Source: Octopus sinensis
Lineage: Eukaryota
Direction of reading: 5' to 3'
Assembly: GCF_006345805.1 (NCBI RefSeq)
Contig: NC_043005.1
Span: 79,670,001 to 79,734,000, forward strand
DNA length: 64,000 nt
Shown: positions 27,525 through 39,007 of the stretch, piece by piece
Layout of the letters: each line of letters opens with the position of its first letter
Numbering within the stretch: position 1 is the stretch's first letter
Notes under the pieces: model-generated
What the model was told of the DNA's origin: nothing
Database searches by the model: none
What the model saw: only the letters and a program-made list of their open reading frames with translations
Position numbers and translations under genes: made by a program

Positions 27525-28947
27525 ATGTGTGTGTGTGTGTGTGTGGAAGCGCAGTGGCCCAATGGTTAGGGCAGTGGACTCGCGGTCTTAGGATTGCGGT
27601 TTCCATTCCCAGACCGGGCGTTGTGAGTGTTTATTGAGCAAAAACAGCTAAAGTTCCACGAGGCTCCGGCAGGGGGTGCTGGTGAACCCTGCTGTACTTT
27701 TTCACTACAACCTTCTCTTTTTCTTTCTTCCTGTTCCTGTTGCATCTGTATTTCAAAGGGCCAGCTTTGTCACGCTGAATCTTCCCGAGAACTACGTTAA
27801 GGGGACACATGTCTGTGGATTGCTCAGCCACTTGCACGTTAATTTCATGAGCAGGCTGTACCGTTGATCGGATTACCTGGAACACTCGTCATCGTAACCG
27901 ATGGAGTGCCAGCAATATATACATATTCTTTTATTCTTTTACTACTTCCATTTGACTGTAGCCATGTTGGAGCATCGCCTTTTAGTCCAGCAAATCGCCC
28001 CCAGGACTTATTCTTTGTAAGCCTAGCACTTACTCTATCGGTCACTTTTGCCGAACCGCTAAGTTACGGGGACGTAAACACACCAGCATCCGTTGTCAAG
28101 CGATGTTGGTGGGACAAATACAGACACACAAACATACATACACACACACACATATATATACATATAAACGACGGGCTTCTTTTCAGTTTCCGTCTACCAA
28201 ATCCACTCACAAGGCTTTAGTCGTCCCGAAGTTATTGTAGAAGATACTTGCCCAAGGTGACACGCAGTGGGAATGAACCCGGAACCATGTGGTTGTTAAG
28301 CAAGCTAATTACCACACAGCCACTCCTGCGCCTATATGCATAATTTTCTTATTGAAAGGACTATACATATCTTTAAGCGCTACCAATAGTTTTATATGTT
28401 GAGAGTTATCTCAAATATATACATCAGGCACAAACCGCATCTAAAAAAGAAAAGAAAATTGAAGAAGAGAAAAAAATCGAAAAACTGAGAAGGCAGCATA
28501 TAGAAAACGCGGAAGGTTAAAAAACGGAAAACGAAAATAGATTCCCTTTTTTTTGTTTTTTACTTACTTATAACATTACATATAAATAAGGATACAAGGA
28601 AAAGTGCAGGAGACATTGCATTCACACGAAATGAAGATACAATACGTGCAAACATAGAAAACATCACCAACCAACTTTAAGATCATATTTCTAGTTGATT
28701 ATGTTGTTTCCTTTATTAAATATAATAACACATGCGTAAGTATTTAATAATTTTCTGAGCCAACGTTGTTTACATCTGAAAGTATACTGATATGAATTTT
28801 TTTTATGTACAAAGTAAGCCAATACGTTATTGTTTGCGCTGAAGTGTGCAGGAAGCTCCAAGGTTTGATTCGATGTATTTTATGTATGTCGCTATTGAAG
28901 GATTTCTCTTGAGGGCTGATTGTTTTTATTCATAGTAGCTATATATA

Positions 28948-28979
<32 letters not shown>

Positions 28980-29121
28980 GTGTGTGTGTATGTATATATG
29001 TATCTATATATTCTACAGCAAACTACATAGTTAATGTCCAAATGGAATAGATAATATATATACAGTTATATTATATATATATATATACAGTTATATATAT
29101 ATAATATATATATATTATATA

Positions 29122-29166
<45 letters not shown>

Positions 29167-29242
29167 CATATGTATATATGTATATATGTATATATGCATA
29201 TATAACTGTATAGATATGTATATATATGTGTATCTATATATG

Positions 29243-29277
<35 letters not shown>

Positions 29278-29589
29278 ATGAGTGTGTGTGTATGTGTGTG
29301 TGTATGTGTGTGTAGCTATAGTTATATGCAGTCTATCTATATAGTTAGAAAATTGGTATATCTCTACTTTGACTGATACGTATTATAGACGTTTGAATTG
29401 ACGTTATATGGGTTTCTCTCATTATAAGTAATGAAGTCGCATAGAAATCTAAGCTCGTGTTCTAACCATCATGAATATATAATATTGTAAATACACCAGT
29501 TGATCTGTACAATTGGTAGACTGTTTTTGGCCAAATTGCATACGTGTGGAACACAGTTCCGAGTTTTTACTTAGAGAATTCAAATTTCG

Positions 29590-30655
29590 ACGTCGGCAGC
29601 CTTGTGTTTCATTCTTTCGAGCTCAATAAAATTAAGGAACTGTCAAGTACATATGGTTCATATAATCGGCTACGGCATTCCTTTTGAAAATAACCCTTTC
29701 TACTGTACGTTACAATGTCTGATATTTTCGAGGTGGGAGCAAGTGAAAACCCAGTGTTCCTGAAACGGATAACAGGCAAAGTCGACCTTGGCAGCATTTG
29801 AACTTGGAACATAGAGCAAGAGGATATGATGTTAAACATTTTATCCGGCAGAAACGTTAGCACGCTGGGCGAAATGCTTAGCGTTATTTCGTCTGTCTTT
29901 ACGTTCTGAGTTCAAATTCCGCCGAGGACGACTTTGCCTTTCATCCTTTCGTGGTCGATTAAATAAGCACCAGTTACGCACTGGGGTAGATATAATCAAA
30001 TTAATCCGTTTGTCTGTCCTTGTTTGTCCTCTCTATGTTTAGCCCCTTGTAGGTAGTAAAGAAATAGGTATTTCCTCTGTCTTTACGTTCTGATTTAAAA
30101 TTCCGCCGATTTCGATTTTACTTTTCATCCTTTCGGTGTCGATCTACTCGACTGGTCCCCTCCCCCAATATTACGGGCCATGTGTTTAGAGAAGAAAAAA
30201 ATATTGTGAGAATCGTGTCAGTCGATACCACTGACCACTGTATTTAGTTAGTATTTTATTTCATTGGGCCCGAACAGATGAAAAGTAAAGGTGACCTCCG
30301 CCGCATTTGAACTCTGTAAGTAAAAAGCAGAAAGAATGCTGCTCGAAATTGACGTCGGTGGGATTTGAACTCAGAACGTCAAGTTTGAAGAAATGTTGCT
30401 AATTGTTACATCCGACGTGCTACTGATTTTTTCACGTTTCTGATTTGATATATTGGTTTCAAATTTTGGCAAAAATTTAACAACTGGTACTTATTTGGCA
30501 AAAGGTCAACAACTGCTACTTATATTATCGAACTCAAAAGGATGAAAGGCAAATTCCACATCGACGGAATTTGAACTCATTTCGAAAAGACGGACCAAAT
30601 GACGCTTTGCATATTTCCAGGAGTGCTACCGATTCTACCAGCACGCCGCCTAATA
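29590..30655. mobile_element. Cluster of SINE family A copies on both strands
   Basis: Plus dimer at ~29848-30200; minus copies at ~29590-29840 and ~30230-30655. Confidence 0.75.
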
Positions 30656-30711
30656 AAGGTTGCTGTGTCAGTTCAGGCAAATCGGTGCTTTGATACATTG
30701 AAACCATAAGG

Positions 30712-31305
30712 TGACGAGCTGGCAGAAACGTTAGCACGCCGGGCGAAATGCGTAGCCGTATTTCGTCTACCGTTATGTTATGAGTTCAAATTCCGCCGAG
30801 GTCGATTTAGCCTTTCATCCTTTCGGAGTCGATTAAATAATTACCAGTTACGCACTGGGATCGATATAATCGACTTAATCCGTTTGTCTGTCCTTGTTTG
30901 TCCCCTCTGTGTTTAGTCCCTTGTGGGTAGTAAAGAGATAGGTATTTCGTCTGCCGCTGCCTTCTGAGTTCAAATTCCGCCGAAGTCGACTTAGCCTTTC
31001 ATCCTTTCGGGGTCGATGAAATAAGTACCAGTTACGCACTGAGGTCGATGTAATCGACTTAATCCCTTTGTCTGTCCTTGTTTGTCCCCTCTATGTTTAC
31101 CTCCTTGTAGGCAATAAAGAAATAAGAAACGTTAGCACGCCGGGCGAAATGCTTGGCAGTATTTCGTCTGTCTTTACGTTCTGAGTTCAAAATCCGCCGA
31201 GGTCGACTTTGCCTTTCATCCTTTCGTTGCGTACTGGGGTCGATCTAATCGACTGGACCCCTCTCTAAAAATTTCGGACCTTGTGCCTAGAGTAGAAAAG
31301 AATAC
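30712..31305 (+). mobile_element. Trimeric SINE family A (tRNA-like head, conserved gcctttcatcctttcggggtcgat core)
   Basis: Three head-to-tail units; junctions aaagagata|ggtatttcgtctg and aaagaaata|agaaacgttagc. The core resembles the Deu/Nin-type SINE domain from memory. Confidence 0.85.
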
Positions 31306-34076
31306 ATTGAAACCATTATGTGCTCAATCAGGGACGCAGTGACGTCACAGTATCGTCAACCTCCCGTGGAACAAATTGCTTAGATCCATTTCTTCCGGTT
31401 TCATATTCTGAGTTCAGATTCCTCCGTGGTAAACACTGACTTTCATAAATTGCCAGACGACTTTGCGTTTCATCCATTCGGGGTCGATAAACTAATTACC
31501 AGTGAAACACTGGGGTCGATGTAATCGACTAGTCTGCTCCCTTATATTTCAGGCTTTGTGCCTACAGTAGAAAGCATTATTAGCAGTGCCAGAGGCGACG
31601 AGTTGGCAAAATCGTCAGCACGCCGGACAAATTGCTAAACGGCATTTCATATGTGTTTATATTTTGAGTTCAAATTCCATTGAGTTCGACATTGCCTTTC
31701 ATCCTTTCGGAGTCGATAAAAAATATATACCAGTTAAGCACTGGGATTGATGCAATAAGCTTCGCCACCCATCAAAATTTCAGGTCTTCAGCCAAAATAG
31801 GAAAGACTTATTAACGGTGACAAGAAAAAGTTTTCATTGAAGAAGTTCGGGGGTGAAAATTGAAACTACTCGTAGTTCCCAGTTGAAATAAGATAAATTC
31901 TCTCTGAACAGCTGCATCTCGGGTTCTAGTTTCATGCTTACCTTGGAAAATTCTGGAGTGTTCTGCAGGTAATTTTAAGCACCAAAATTGACGTTTTTCT
32001 CCACTAGGCAAGAATGCTTAACGCATGTTAACATCAGAGATACTTTTACTAACTATAATATTTACTACTCATATGTACCAACAGCACCATTTTATATCTA
32101 TATTGCCAAGTATATAAATTATATTTGTCAACCATGTTGGCTTTACAACGTATATATTCGATTTCGAATCTCGGGGAAAGTCACGTGCTAAAAAATAGAA
32201 TTTTATTTTATTATATAACAAGAAAAAATGGAGACATAATTTATTATATTTCAATGTTTTTCTTAGAAATATATATCTATAAGTTATTAGAAAATTTAAA
32301 TTATTTCACAATTGTTTGTAATTACGATATGATAAATGTTTAAACGATATTTCACTAAACTGTTTCGTTTTCCTCCCATAACATTCTATTCGATAGTTTA
32401 TGACTAATGATTTCAAAATTTAGCACAGGGCGAGCATTTTTGGAGAGAAGAGGCAAATTAATTACGTCGAAACCAGTATTTCACTGGCAGTAAGTTTATC
32501 AATCTCGAAAGAATGAAAAGCAAAGTTGGTTCCGGAGGAATTTGAGCTCAGAACATAAAGACGGATGAAATGCCTCTGAGTTTCCGGCGCTTAAATTTTT
32601 AATGATGCTAATCCGTATATAATACACTGTACAATATCATTGACGTACATTACATTCTATAATCTGAGGTGAGGTAGCAGACTTTTTAGTACGTCGGACG
32701 ACATACTTGGCGACATTTTTTCCGGTTCTTCGCCTTCTGAGTTCAAATTCTGTTGAAGTTAACTTTGCCTTTCATTTGTATGGAGTCGATAACACTCTAA
32801 CACTGGGGTCGATGTAATCGATTAGGCTCCTCCCTGAAAATTTCAGGAATAAGCCTATAGTAGGAAATAATTATATATAGGTGTAGCAATGGCTATGTGG
32901 TAATTATCTTGATTAACAACCACATGGTTCCGGATTCAGTCCCACTGCGTGGCACTTTGGGCAAATGTCTTCTACTATAATCTCGGGTCGACCAAAGCGT
33001 TGTGAGTGGATTTGGTAGTCGGAAACTGAAAGAAGCCCGTTGTATATATATATATATGTTTGTGTGTCTGTGTTTGTCCCCGCAACATCGCTTGGCAACC
33101 GATGGTGGTGTATTTACTTCCCCGTAAGGAGACCGATAGAATAAGTACTAGGCTTAGAAAGAATAAGTCCTGGGATCGATTTGCTCGACTACAGGCGGTG
33201 CTCCAGCATGGCCACAATCAAATGACTGAAAGAAGTAAAAGATTAAAAGAGTATATATTTTGTGGGTGGATGATTATGTTTATGTAATACTTAATTAGAA
33301 CAGGGGAAGAAAAAACCGCCAGAGACAAAATACTTATCCAAATATTGGTTTCAAATTTTGGCACAAGGCCAGCAACTTTGAGGGAAGACAGCTAGCCGAT
33401 TACATCGACCCCACTACTCAACTTGATATTTATGTTATCGACTCCGAAAGGAAAAGTCGGCAGGATTTGAACTCAGAACATAAAGACGGACGAAATGCCG
33501 CGAATGATTTTGCCTGGGTATTAACAATTCTGCCAGCACACCATATTTATTAATCCTTAATATTCATAGTAATAATAAATATCTAATATGAAAATATCTA
33601 TTTTATGCAGAGCTCAACGTAAACCATGATTAACAATTAAATATATTTTTAGTAAGAGAATATATATGTGTGTGTGTGTTTGTATGTGTACGTATGTATC
33701 CCGGCAGTATTTGTACTAACAGTACATAACATTTTCTATTTGGTGATAAATCATATTTTTTGCACACGATATGTATTTACATTTTCCAGCAGATAAACTT
33801 TTTATCGTAAAGCATTATTATTGTCTGTATTTAGTTTTATTTATTTTGGTCTGTGTTATTAAGTAAATACAGTCATAGATATAATATTTTGTGCTGTTTC
33901 CCCAAAATGTTATAAGAAATAATTTCTGCTTACTTCAGATTTACTAAGGGTTCTGTTGTTACAATAATGCTTGGTGTTGAAATGAAAAAAAAAAAAGAAG
34001 AAAAAAAAAAGAAGAAAAAAACAAAGCAACTGTAATGTGTTGCTCTGATTGATACTTACGTTAGAGTATGAATGCT

Positions 34077-34119
<43 letters not shown>

Positions 34120-34315
34120 GCAAGATTTTTTTTATGTGAAGTCGTGTGTTGAAACAGATATCGTTATATTTCGGAATGGTCATATTGCCAGTTTAGCCAA
34201 TAAAAACACACGCACTATATATTTGGTGTTATTTTGCTTCAGTGATATTTATTTTTTACATTAATCTTAATCTTATTTCGACCAAAGTTCTTTCGTCACA
34301 CCCTGTGACCGCATC

Positions 34316-36187
34316 ATGGTCCTTTGTTTTCTTCTCACTTACTTGTGTCTCTCCTTACTAACCATCAGCCATTTTGTATTTCTATTGTATGTCTTCATTT
34401 GCGCATGCTTATATCTCTATGTGCGTCTATGTTTATTTAGTGTGTGTGGGGGGGATGCCTGTAATATTTGTATCCTAAGCAGGATCAGTGACTGTAACAA
34501 AACTTGTGACTTGACAGGATGTATAGTAGGTAGCATGGATGTGGTATCCCTATACCCATCGATTGACGTAGATTTTGCAGTGGAGAAGTGCGTGGAGATG
34601 ATCAACGAGAGCCAGGTGGAGTTCTGTAATGTCGACACAGAAGAACTGGGCCTCCTACTTAGACTGACATATAATAGTGAATACTTAGATAAACATAATC
34701 TTAGTAGTTTCTGCCCCAGTAGATGTTTAAGAGGTAGACCGCCTACAATTACTTCTATGGCTAGGAAGACACATATAGAAAGATGGCGCGGATGGACCAG
34801 AGCCATACGGAGCCCCGCAAATGTCCATCAGGTAAAGAAAATGATCGCACATGCACTAGGAGCTAGTATAAGAGTTACCCTAAAAGGCCACACATTTAAA
34901 TTTAATAATAAAATATATGCCCAGGACGAGGGGGCAGCCATCGGTGTTAGTATCGCTGGTGATGTGGCCAACCTCTTCATGGTATGGTGGGATAGAAGGC
35001 TTAAAGAATGTCTACTGCAGAAATCCATACTCGTAAACATGTACTCTCGCTATGTTGATGATATCAATATAGTAGTAAAGGCACCCCCACAAGAGAGTAA
35101 TGTTGATATAGTAATAGAAACTAATACTATGGAGAGCATCCAGCAAATAGCTAACTCCATCCACCAGAGTATTAAGGTCACAATAGACTACCCCACTAAA
35201 CACCCCAACCATAGACTACCAGTACTAGACACTGAACTCTGGCTAGAAATTGTGAAAAATAAAACCCCAATCCTTCATTCATACTATGCAAAACCTATGG
35301 CCTCAAAATACCTGATCCACCGGAACTCAGCCATTGCGGGCAATGCCAAATTCAATATTTTGATGGCAGACCTCGTCAGAATAATGAGAAATGTGTCACG
35401 CATGTGCGAGCCTACAGAATTAAAGAGACACATACAGTATTTCATTCACCGCATGCAGTTCTCAGGTTACAGCCATAAAGAAAGGATCAGAGTATACAAA
35501 GGAGCCATGAAGAAATTTGATAATATATTATGTAATGATAGGAATGGGATTTGCCCACTCTATAGGAACAAGTCATGGAACACTATAGAAAGGACAAAAA
35601 AGAAAATAGGGAAGGCCAACTCTTGGTATGATAGCCATAAATACCAGAGTGTCATGTTCGTTGACACCACCCCTGGAGGTGAACTAGCGTACCGCTTTAG
35701 AAGGACCCTAGATAAACTTAAACTAAGAATTAAGGTTGTTGAAAAGCCAGGCAACCCTATCAGATCTATAATTGGTAGAACCTATCCTTTTAGTAGAACT
35801 CTCTGTACGGATAACTATTGCACTGTATGTAGATTTAGCCCACAAACAAACTGTAAAGCCAGAAATGTGGTCTATAGTATAAGATGTATAGAGGGACGAT
35901 GCAGTAATAAGACAGTAACATACGTAGGGGAAACTGCAAGAAGCATTGGTGAGCGGGTGAATGAACATTGGAGACAACTCAAGGAAGGTAAAAGCTCATC
36001 GATTCTGTACCAACACGCCGAACAAGAACACGGGGGATCAATCAATAACATAGAGATTAAGATATTGTCCACACATAGAACAGATGCAACAATTAGACAA
36101 ATTACAGAAGCTACACATATAATAGAAAATAAACCTAGCCTGAATAGAAAACTAGAATGGAGCAATAGCGCACACCACAACATATGA
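34316..36187 (+). CDS. Penelope-like element ORF: N-truncated reverse transcriptase plus C-terminal GIY-YIG endonuclease (probably Naiad-type); first ~53 codons come from the inverted terminal repeat
   Basis: Uninterrupted 623-codon frame. RT motifs VGSMDVVSLYPSID, QDEGAAIGVSIAGDVANLFM, YSRYVDDI and RLPVLDTEL. Cys-rich linker LCTDNYCTVC. GIY-YIG-type NVVYSIRC...YVGETARS...R..EH...ILYQH..QEH. RT homology begins only after the junction at 34474. Confidence 0.92.
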   Translation: MVLCFLLTYLCLSLLTISHFVFLLYVFICACLYLYVRLCLFSVCGGDACNICILSRISDCNKTCDLTGCIVGSMDVVSLYPSIDVDFAVEKCVEMINESQVEFCNVDTEELGLLLRLTYNSEYLDKHNLSSFCPSRCLRGRPPTITSMARKTHIERWRGWTRAIRSPANVHQVKKMIAHALGASIRVTLKGHTFKFNNKIYAQDEGAAIGVSIAGDVANLFMVWWDRRLKECLLQKSILVNMYSRYVDDINIVVKAPPQESNVDIVIETNTMESIQQIANSIHQSIKVTIDYPTKHPNHRLPVLDTELWLEIVKNKTPILHSYYAKPMASKYLIHRNSAIAGNAKFNILMADLVRIMRNVSRMCEPTELKRHIQYFIHRMQFSGYSHKERIRVYKGAMKKFDNILCNDRNGICPLYRNKSWNTIERTKKKIGKANSWYDSHKYQSVMFVDTTPGGELAYRFRRTLDKLKLRIKVVEKPGNPIRSIIGRTYPFSRTLCTDNYCTVCRFSPQTNCKARNVVYSIRCIEGRCSNKTVTYVGETARSIGERVNEHWRQLKEGKSSSILYQHAEQEHGGSINNIEIKILSTHRTDATIRQITEATHIIENKPSLNRKLEWSNSAHHNI

Positions 36188-36687
36188 CAATAGTGGATCC
36201 TGCAAACATAATAAATACACGGGTAATTAAAGAAATAGAAATGAATATCTATATATATGTATGTGTGTATATATATGTATATGTATATGTGTATATATGT
36301 GTGTATATATGTATATATATATATATGTATATGTATATGTATGTATATATATATATGTATATATATATTCTTTTTTTTTTCGATTAGATTTATTATTATT
36401 ATTACTAATATTGTTGTTATACATACATACAAGCATATGTAATGATAATAATGGGTGGATGTAAACACATGAACAAAATTAGAACAAAAACAACAAAAAC
36501 AAAATACAAATTACAAGAATGTATATAACCAGAAGATACAAATATTACAGGCATCCCCCCCACACACACTAAATAAACATAGACGCACATAGAGATATAA
36601 GCATGCGCAAATGAAGACATACAATAGAAATACAAAATGGCTGATGGTTAGTAAGGAGAGACACAAGTAAGTGAGAAGAAAACAAAG

Positions 36688-36731
36688 GACCACTGATGCG
36701 GTCACAGGAGTGTGACGAAAGAACTTTGGTC
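36688..36731 (+). ncRNA. Variant minimal type I hammerhead ribozyme motif in the PLE 3' pLTR
   Basis: Stem I GACCA/TGGTC; core CTGATGC(G), with A9 replaced; stem II GTCAC/GTGAC; GAAA; 2-bp stem III AG/CT; triplet CTT. Confidence 0.55.
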
Positions 36732-36849
36732 GAAATAAGATTAAGATTAATGTAAAAAATAAATATCACTGAAGCAAAATAACACCAAATATATAGTGCG
36801 TGTGTTTTTATTGGCTAAACTTGCAATATGACCATTCCGAAATATAACG

Positions 36850-36880
<31 letters not shown>

Positions 36881-36908
36881 TATACATATATATTTATACT
36901 TATAGACA

Positions 36909-36993
<85 letters not shown>

Positions 36994-37046
36994 ATTGGTG
37001 AATTGAAGAAATGGAGCTGAACGCAGATTGAACAGAAGTCGTTTTA

Positions 37047-37134
37047 TTTCATTCTACACGTGTTTCGAAAGGCACAAATACCAAAATCCGATTGAATAAT
37101 GGGACCATATTGTGTCTTTCTCTTCAGGAAGAAA
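37047..37134 (-). ncRNA. Minimal type I hammerhead ribozyme, mirror copy
   Basis: Reverse complement of the 37312-37400 motif in the left arm of the palindrome; core intact. Confidence 0.8.
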
Positions 37135-37311
37135 AAAGGAAATCCGTTGGAAAAACAAAAACAGAACAGAGGCGGAGCAAGAACAAATCGAACTATGCTC
37201 CTAAGAGCCCATGGCGAAACTGTTTATCAGTGTATGGGCTCTTAGGAGCATAGTTCGATTTGTTCTTGCTCCGCCTCTGTTCTGTTTTTGTTTTTCCAAC
37301 GGATTTCCTTT

Positions 37312-37400
37312 TTTCTTCCTGAAGAGAAAGACACAATATGGTCCCATTATTCAATCGGATTTTGGTAATTTGTGCCTTTCGAAACACGTGTAGAATGAAA
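37312..37400 (+). ncRNA. Minimal type I hammerhead ribozyme (canonical core)
   Basis: Stem I TTTCTTC/GAATGAAA (1-nt bulge); CTGAAGA at 37319-37325; stem II GAAAGACACAA/TTGTGCCTTTC; GAAAC at 37381; palindromic stem III ACACGTGT; predicted cleavage after GTA (37392). Confidence 0.82.
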
Positions 37401-37613
37401 TAAAACGATTTCTGTTCAATCTGCGTTCAGCTCCATTTCTTCAATTCACCAATAATGTTTTAATTTCAATTATCCGCACCAACGCACGGTTGCAACGCCA
37501 GATGGTTGTACCTCCAACTGTGCTGTTTACTGCTGTGATTTTTGCTACTTAGGTATCGGTTAAACTTTTGATTAATCTACTACAAGATTATTCATCTTTC
37601 TATTTCACATAAT

Positions 37614-37654
<41 letters not shown>

Positions 37655-37679
37655 TATATATATATATATATATCATAAT

Positions 37680-38347
37680 TTCTTATCTAAGCGTCTTAAT
37701 ATGTTTTCAGCGGTGTAGAATTTACAATGTAATTATTCTTTTTCATTCCAGGTGCCATTATATTACACATTTGCGAAGAGTAACCATGCCACGCACAAAA
37801 AATTCCGCAGCACTGTCAGATTTTCAAAGAGTTCGTATTCTTGGGCAATCTGAGGCTGGTCTTAGCCAGCGAAAAATTGCCGAAAATCTTCAAATTCATC
37901 TTGCTACTGTTAATAGAATTATAGTGCAATTCAAAAGCCAAGGAAAAGATTCAACAGATTCTCGTCCTGGCCGACTTGGGCCCTCGGAAAGGAAGCTTCA
38001 CTGTTTGAAGAGAAATATGGACAACGAACCCCGTTCGAAGGCTTCTGGCATTGCAAAACAACTATAAGTTAGTCCAATAACGTGTGTTACATAACTGCAT
38101 AAGTCTAAAGATTAATTATTTCGAGTGTTGCGTGAAAATTGGGCAGAAATCCCACAAGAGACAATCACGAAGCTCATCAGTTCAATGCCAAAAAGAGTTT
38201 CTGAATTAAAAACTGCAAAGGGAATGTCAACTAAATACTAAAGTATGTAGTCCTACCTATCGATTACATTTCAATTGTTCGCTTTGCGTATTAAATAAAA
38301 GATTTTGAAAATTAAAGGTGTCTATTTACTTCCTGCATGCCTGTGTA
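37680..38347 (+). mobile_element. Internally deleted Tc1 element
   Basis: [34 protein letters not shown]; C-terminal WAEIPQETITKLISSMPKRV..KGMSTKY*; right TIR ending gcatgcctgtgta; left TIR not seen. Confidence 0.75.
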
Positions 38348-38375
38348 TATATTCAAATATATATATATATATATA

Positions 38376-38712
38376 GGCGCATGGCTCAGTGGTTAGAGCG
38401 TCGAGCTTACGATCGTGAGGTTGTGAGCTCGAATCCCGGACCGGGCTGGGTGTTGTGTTCTTGAGCAAGACACTTTATTTCACGTTGCTCCAGTTCACTC
38501 AGCTGTAGAAATGAGTTGCGACGTCACTGGTGCCAAGCTGTATCGACCTTTGTCTTTCCCTTGGATAACACTGGTGGCGTGGAGAGGGGAGGCTGGTATG
38601 CATGGGCGACTGCTGGTCTTCCATAAACAACCTTGCCCGGACTTGTGTCTAGGAGGGTAACTTTCTAGGTGCAATCCCATGGTCATTCATGACCGAAGGG
38701 GGTCTTTACCCT
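38376..38712 (+). mobile_element. SINE family D (tRNA head + CORE-like ttgagcaagacactt)
   Basis: A box tggctcagtgg, B box gctcgaatccc; flanked by (TA)n. Confidence 0.8.
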
Positions 38713-38818
38713 TATATATATATTTAATTATATCAAAGGGAAATGGAAATTAATTAAAATTTACATTTCCAGTGGTCTAACATGTAAAAATTTAGTCCAA
38801 AAGACTATGTATTAGTCA

Positions 38819-39007
38819 TAAGATACAGCGTACATTTAAATACACGAGGGATCCACTCATAGGATTCAACACACTAGAAAAAACAGCTAGGTTCTATAAC
38901 CACAAAATTAGGGATGAAATTAGTGGTTATAGAATGTAGCTGTTCTTTCTAGCGCATTGAATCCTATGAGTGGATTCGCCACGTGTTTAAATGTACACTG
39001 TATCTTA
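38819..39007. repeat. 85-bp-arm diverged fold-back next to (TA)n
   Basis: taagatacagcgtacatttaaa...ttctataaccac (38819-38903) versus gtggttatagaa...tttaaatgtacactgtatctta (38923-39007). Confidence 0.8.

Larger units (their letters stand above)
34158..36853 (+). mobile_element. 5'-truncated Penelope-like retroelement with an inverted pseudo-LTR copy at its 5' end
   Basis: 34158-34474 is the reverse complement of 36535-36853 (by eye one substitution and two 1-nt indels). The ORF lies between them, with (TA)n next to both ends. An inverted pLTR is a known PLE architecture. Confidence 0.88.
36985..37462. repeat. Near-perfect 228/229-bp inverted repeat with 21-nt spacer (PLE pLTR-like fold-back)
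   Basis: Arms 36985-37212 and 37234-37462 differ by one substitution and one 1-nt indel by eye; preceded by (TA)n. Confidence 0.93.

Noticed and set aside
27542-27620. tRNA gene-like sequences (also 38376 and 11290-11367)
   Set aside because: A/B boxes run directly into SINE bodies repeated many times; no complete cloverleaf was evident.
30712-31305. Regularly repeated units resembling a CRISPR array
   Set aside because: Units are ~190-bp SINE monomers with no unique spacers, there are no cas genes, and the context is eukaryotic.
34316-36853. Selenoprotein-type PLE (in-frame UGA plus SECIS, reported for some Naiad elements)
   Set aside because: The retained ORF has no in-frame TGA and I could not identify a SECIS in the 3' UTR; the missing 5' part cannot be judged.
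36985-37462. Possibility that all the palindromes are long-read fold-back artefacts
   Set aside because: Arms differ by substitutions and indels, and the set spans a range of divergence, which artefacts would not show. The youngest ones still need read-level confirmation.
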